From Eledone cirrhosa (lineage: Eukaryota): a DNA stretch of 64,000 nucleotides. The notes under the pieces were generated by a model. The model saw only the letters and a program-made list of their open reading frames with translations. It was not told the DNA's origin and did not search any database. Of this stretch, positions 62,326-64,000 are shown one piece after another. A program made the position numbers and the translations under genes. The DNA is taken from assembly GCA_964016885.1 (NCBI GenBank), contig OZ024743.1, positions 290,160,001 to 290,224,000 of the forward strand. The letters are read 5' to 3'. Position 1 is the stretch's first letter, and every line of letters begins with the position of its first letter.

Positions 62326-62790
62326 GCAAGTCACCCAATGCAATCTATGCATGATCGGATCGTCGGCGACTAAACGACGAGCAACCCCTCCAAGCTTGTT
62401 TGGTGAGGAGGGTGACTTTGGCAACTCTGGGAGTCTACGGCAATTCAATAAAGTATTCTTTATGGAGCGTGTGACTCTTAGACTTCCATAAGACATATCT
62501 CCAGGAGAAGGTCACCCTGATACAAAACCTGAGAGTTTGTTTGCATCCAATGATGTAGACCAATTCTTCTTTTTGAGTAGATGCCTTCGATGTTCAGAGA
62601 GTGGGATTGGTGCCTTGCAAAGCCTTTCCTCACTTAAAAAATCTTCAAGCCCAGGCATCACTTGACATACGACGTTTGTTGCGTTGCATGGCATTGCTGG
62701 CCATAGGTGGGTCCCTAGAAGGACTAGGAAGCCACGTCCTTGATGCTCATTCTTAAGTACCAAGCGATGGCATTACTCGAAATCGAGTTG
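62326..62790. mobile_element. Probable decayed LINE (RTE-like) 5' UTR fragment
   Basis: GC-richer island between (TA)n; ccaggagaaggtcaccctgatacaaaacc resembles, from memory, RTE 5' UTR motifs. No ORF support. Confidence 0.25.
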
Positions 62791-62877
62791 TAACTATCAT
62801 ATATATATATATTATATATCATGTTTAATATAGAAATGGCTTCTACAGGTCAAGAACTCATTCATTCAAAAGAATCG

Positions 62878-62911
<34 letters not shown>

Positions 62912-62942
62912 CGGATGAAGTGACTTTTCCTAGTTCCTGAAA

Positions 62943-63090
62943 TATATATGTCACTCTTCCTATATATATGTATATATATAGAGAGAGAATGTGTGTATGT
63001 GTGTATATATATATATATATATATGTCACTCTTCCTATATATATGTATATATAGAGAGAGAGAATGTGTGTATGTGTGTATATATATATA
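62943..63090. repeat. Tandem duplication ~75 bp
   Basis: atatatgtcactcttcctatatatatgtatatatagagagagaatgtgtgtatgtgtg occurs twice. Confidence 0.9.
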
Positions 63091-63370
63091 GTGAATATCA
63101 TTTCACACCTTTTATTGTTAAGATTTTTGATGTTCTATTAAGAGAACCGATTTTACTGAAAAAATCGAATAATGTACACCATTTTACCAGGGGGAAAAGA
63201 ATACTGGTCCACACACACACACACACACACACATATATACACAAACACATACACACGCGTACATCAACATACAAAGAGACTTATACACACATACACACAC
63301 ACACACACGCACTTCTCCGTATAAGACAAAAGCTGAAAAATATCTTTTGACCTTCGAATGACTCTGCTAT

Positions 63371-63401
<31 letters not shown>

Positions 63402-63505
63402 CACACACACACACGCACACACACACACACACTTATCTTAATTGCCATTTGACACACATCGCTGCTGGCCATTGTCGCAGCATCGAACACCTTACTACTA
63501 CTACT

Positions 63506-63538
<33 letters not shown>

Positions 63539-63602
63539 CAGACACACACACACATACACACACACACACACACATATTTGTTGTGAAAGAGTCATTTGTC
63601 AA

Positions 63603-63830
63603 TCTTGGCGCAAAACCAATTTTTTATCCACATGACCTCTACCGACCAATCAAAATTGTTTTGACCAATAATTTTTGCTGGAGCCACTTTTTTAACATTT
63701 TAACATAAAAACAGTCTTGGCGCAAAATCAACTTTTTACATTCACATGACCTCTACCGACCAATCAAAATTGTTTTGACCACAAGCATTTTTGCAACACA
63801 AAAATAACGCTGGAGCCACTTTTTTAACAT
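63603..63830. repeat. Imperfect tandem duplication ~113 bp
   Basis: tcttggcgcaaaa..cacatgacctctaccgaccaatcaaaattgttttgacca..gctggagccacttttttaacat occurs twice. Confidence 0.85.
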
Positions 63831-64000
63831 AAAAACAGGTAGAATTCCCAAAACTAATCAGATCAGAGCAAACAGCACGGACACTCTATCTCAAAATTAT
63901 TTTTGAAAAGAATTTAGAAATGCGCAACCGGTAAAAACTTAAAAACTTAAAATCACAACTGAATACTAACCCATACAAACACTAATACTCTTTTATTCCT

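Overview
AT-rich, microsatellite-dense animal genomic DNA. The SINE and the repeat landscape suggest a cephalopod such as Octopus (inference only). No host gene can be supported with confidence, and nearly all recognisable sequence is retroelement-derived. (1) 5.8-30.8 kb and ~62 kb hold Penelope-like elements (PLEs) set in (TA)n. These are two 5'-truncated Hydra-clade-like copies with inverted pseudo-LTRs, one Neptune-like copy with a 1048-aa RT+GIY-YIG ORF, one further endonuclease fragment, and at least eight small non-coding fold-back elements. Most carry a readable minimal type I hammerhead ribozyme or its 3' half. (2) 32.1-59.6 kb is a ~27.5 kb array of six non-LTR retrotransposons plus one fragment, joined by (ATT)n tracts: three R4/Dong-like RLE elements on the minus strand and three Tx1/L1-like APE elements on the plus strand, one with an intact ORF2. 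Notable details in the array are an in-frame TAA shared by two Dong copies, a 40-nt Dong fragment inside a Tx1 5' UTR, an apparent ORF1 swap, and a GGTAAGT motif kept at the ORF1 end. (3) Decayed RTE and CR1 fragments, tRNA-derived SINEs, one tRNA-like cloverleaf and many simple repeats. All alignments and folds were done by eye, so boundaries are approximate.
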